Shown here in pieces: positions 62,289 through 64,000 of a stretch of DNA of 64,000 bases. Where the stretch lies: NCBI GenBank assembly GCA_030141605.1, contig JAQGDQ010002373.1, positions 405,921 to 469,920 of the forward strand, read 5' to 3'. Each line of letters opens with the position of its first letter. Position 1 is the stretch's first letter. The notes beneath the pieces are model-generated. The model had not been told where the DNA came from. It was given only the letters and a program-made list of their open reading frames with translations, and ran no database searches. Made by a program: the position numbers and the translations under genes. This DNA is from Tubiluchus corallicola. Its lineage: Eukaryota; Animalia; Priapulida.

Positions 62289-64000
62289 AGACTGTGTTAG
62301 AAATGTGGAACATAACTAAAATAAGTCCCATTGGGCAAGTCAGATTGCCAATTGTAAATCCAGTGAATAAGAAAAGTTACTCTGTGAACTTTTTGGTCGT
62401 AAACGAAAATTATGTACCATTGTTAGGTTCTCGTGCTTCACAACAAATGAAGCTTATTACTGTAAATGAAAATAACTTCAAAAGGGTTGAATCAGCCAAT
62501 GTTGCTAATATGTTGTGTAGTGATAGCAGTACTAGGCCTACAGCACATGTTTCAGATGTTTGTAGTGTTGCTGATTGTAATGCTTTACTAACTGAATTTT
62601 CTGATATTTTCAGTGAGGTACCAGGAGAATTCCCTGGATGTGTAAGTTTGAAAATTGATCCTACTGTACCGCCAGTTGTACAACCATGTAGGCGATTTCC
62701 TTATAACATGCGAGATAAATTTAAAGCTGAACTTGACAGACTCGAACAAAACAACATCACTGAACGTGCAGACCACCCTACTGACTGGGTTAACGCTTAC
62801 ACAACTGCTACTAAACGTTCGGGGAGTATCAGAATCTGCTTGGATCCTAAACCACTGAATAATGCTATCAGACGAGAAATCTACCATATTCCTACAATGG
62901 AGGAGCTTACTCCTAGACTGTGCAATGCGAAGCTCTTTTCTACTTTCAAAGTGACAAGTGGGTTTCATCACATGAAGCTAGAAGAAAAGACCAAAGATCT
63001 AACAACATTTGATACTCCGTTCGGTAGATATCGTTATACTAGAGCTCCGTTTGGGATTTCAGCTTGGCCTGAGATTTTTCAGAAGAAAATGGATGAGCAA
63101 ATACAAGGCTTAAAAGGAAAAGAAGACTTCCATGATGACGTACTAATTTATGGTTGTGGTGCTACCATTACAGAAGCCGGTGTTGACCATAACAACAAAC
63201 TGAGAGCATTCTTTGAACGATGTCGTGAAAGAAATATAAAACTGAATCCAGATAAAAGTCAGATTCAACGTAGTGAAGTGCGATACCACGGGCATATTCT
63301 GAGTGCTAATGGTATTAAAGCTGACCCCGACAAGGTCGCAGCGGTGCAAAATATGCCGGCTCCAATCGATAAGACGGGAGTAAGAAGACTGTGTGGTTTT
63401 GTCAATTACTTGGCAAAGTTTTTGCCTATGCTTTCTGAAGTCTTTAAACCTATTAGTAACGTAATGTCTGACAAAACAGAATTCAGATGGAACTTTGAAC
63501 AACAAGAGGTATTTGCACAGGTTAAAAAGCTCATAACTACGTCTCCCGTGCTCAGATATTACAACCCAGATGAAAAACTTACTCTGCAATGTGACAGCAG
63601 TCAGTCAGGCTTAGGTGCATGTCTAATGCAGAATGGTCAACCAATTGCATTCGCCTCTCGAACTTTGACTGCAACCGAACAGAACTATGCGCAACTTGAA
63701 AAGGAAATGCTGAGTCTAATTTTTGGTATTCAAAAGTTTGACCACTGCTGCTACGCTCGTAAAGTAAAACTGGAAACTGATCACAAGCCTCTAGAATCCA
63801 TACTCAAGAAGAGCATACTTAGTGCTCCTAAGAGAATACAGTGCATGATGTTGGTGCTGCAAAACTATGATGTTGAAGTAGTATATAGGAAAGGAGCAAC
63901 CATGCTGATGGCTGACACCTTGTCTCGTGCTTCTCTCCCCGAGACTGATGACATTGCTTTAGAATTTGAAACTGTACGTGCTTTGGAATACGTACCTGCT
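62282..64000 (+). CDS. pol: Gypsy pol (rest of protease, RT, RNase H), -1 frame relative to gag, open to the window edge
   Basis: IRICLDPKPLN, TPFGRYRYTRAPFGI, FHDD, LQCDSSQSGLGACL, NYAQLEKE, ETDHKPL, ADTLSR. Confidence 0.88.

Larger units (their letters stand above)
60893..64000 (+). mobile_element. Ty3/Gypsy LTR retrotransposon (Mag-like), truncated by window edge
   Basis: LTR, PBS, then gag-protease-RT-RNase H order. Confidence 0.93.

Noticed and set aside
62270-62290. Programmed -1 ribosomal frameshift
   Set aside because: No canonical slippery heptamer, and the shift falls inside the protease domain; a 1-nt deletion is simpler.
61722-63589. Minus-strand ORFs overlapping the Gypsy element
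   Set aside because: Antisense shadows of gag-pol with no recognisable motifs.

Overview
AT-rich, intron-rich animal genomic DNA, probably an invertebrate; it is not prokaryotic, so most entries in the ORF track are exon fragments or noise. About 60 kb is one minus-strand axonemal inner-arm dynein heavy chain gene, DNAH3-like. I traced 47 coding exons by hand, from a putative ATG at 59815 down to 295 (7111 nt, about 2370 codons, splice phases consistent throughout). They cover the N-terminal tail, the linker, AAA1-AAA3 and the start of AAA4; the gene continues off the left edge. Two introns appear to use GC donors. The introns hold MITEs, hAT and LINE relics, tandem repeats and a TTAGGG-core repeat family. 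The most notable structure is a nest in the 8.3-kb intron 45315-53608. A tRNA-like (SINE-head) sequence is split by a ~6.6-kb degenerate, intron-containing Dada-like (DUF6729-type) DNA transposon. That transposon carries imperfect terminal repeats and an RFX X-box-like motif, and it contains an internally deleted GalEa-like copia element with both LTRs. The right end of the window holds the 5' LTR and gag-pol of a Mag-like Ty3/Gypsy element with a frameshift and a mutated RT catalytic Asp. Family assignments come from recalled motifs; no searches were run.
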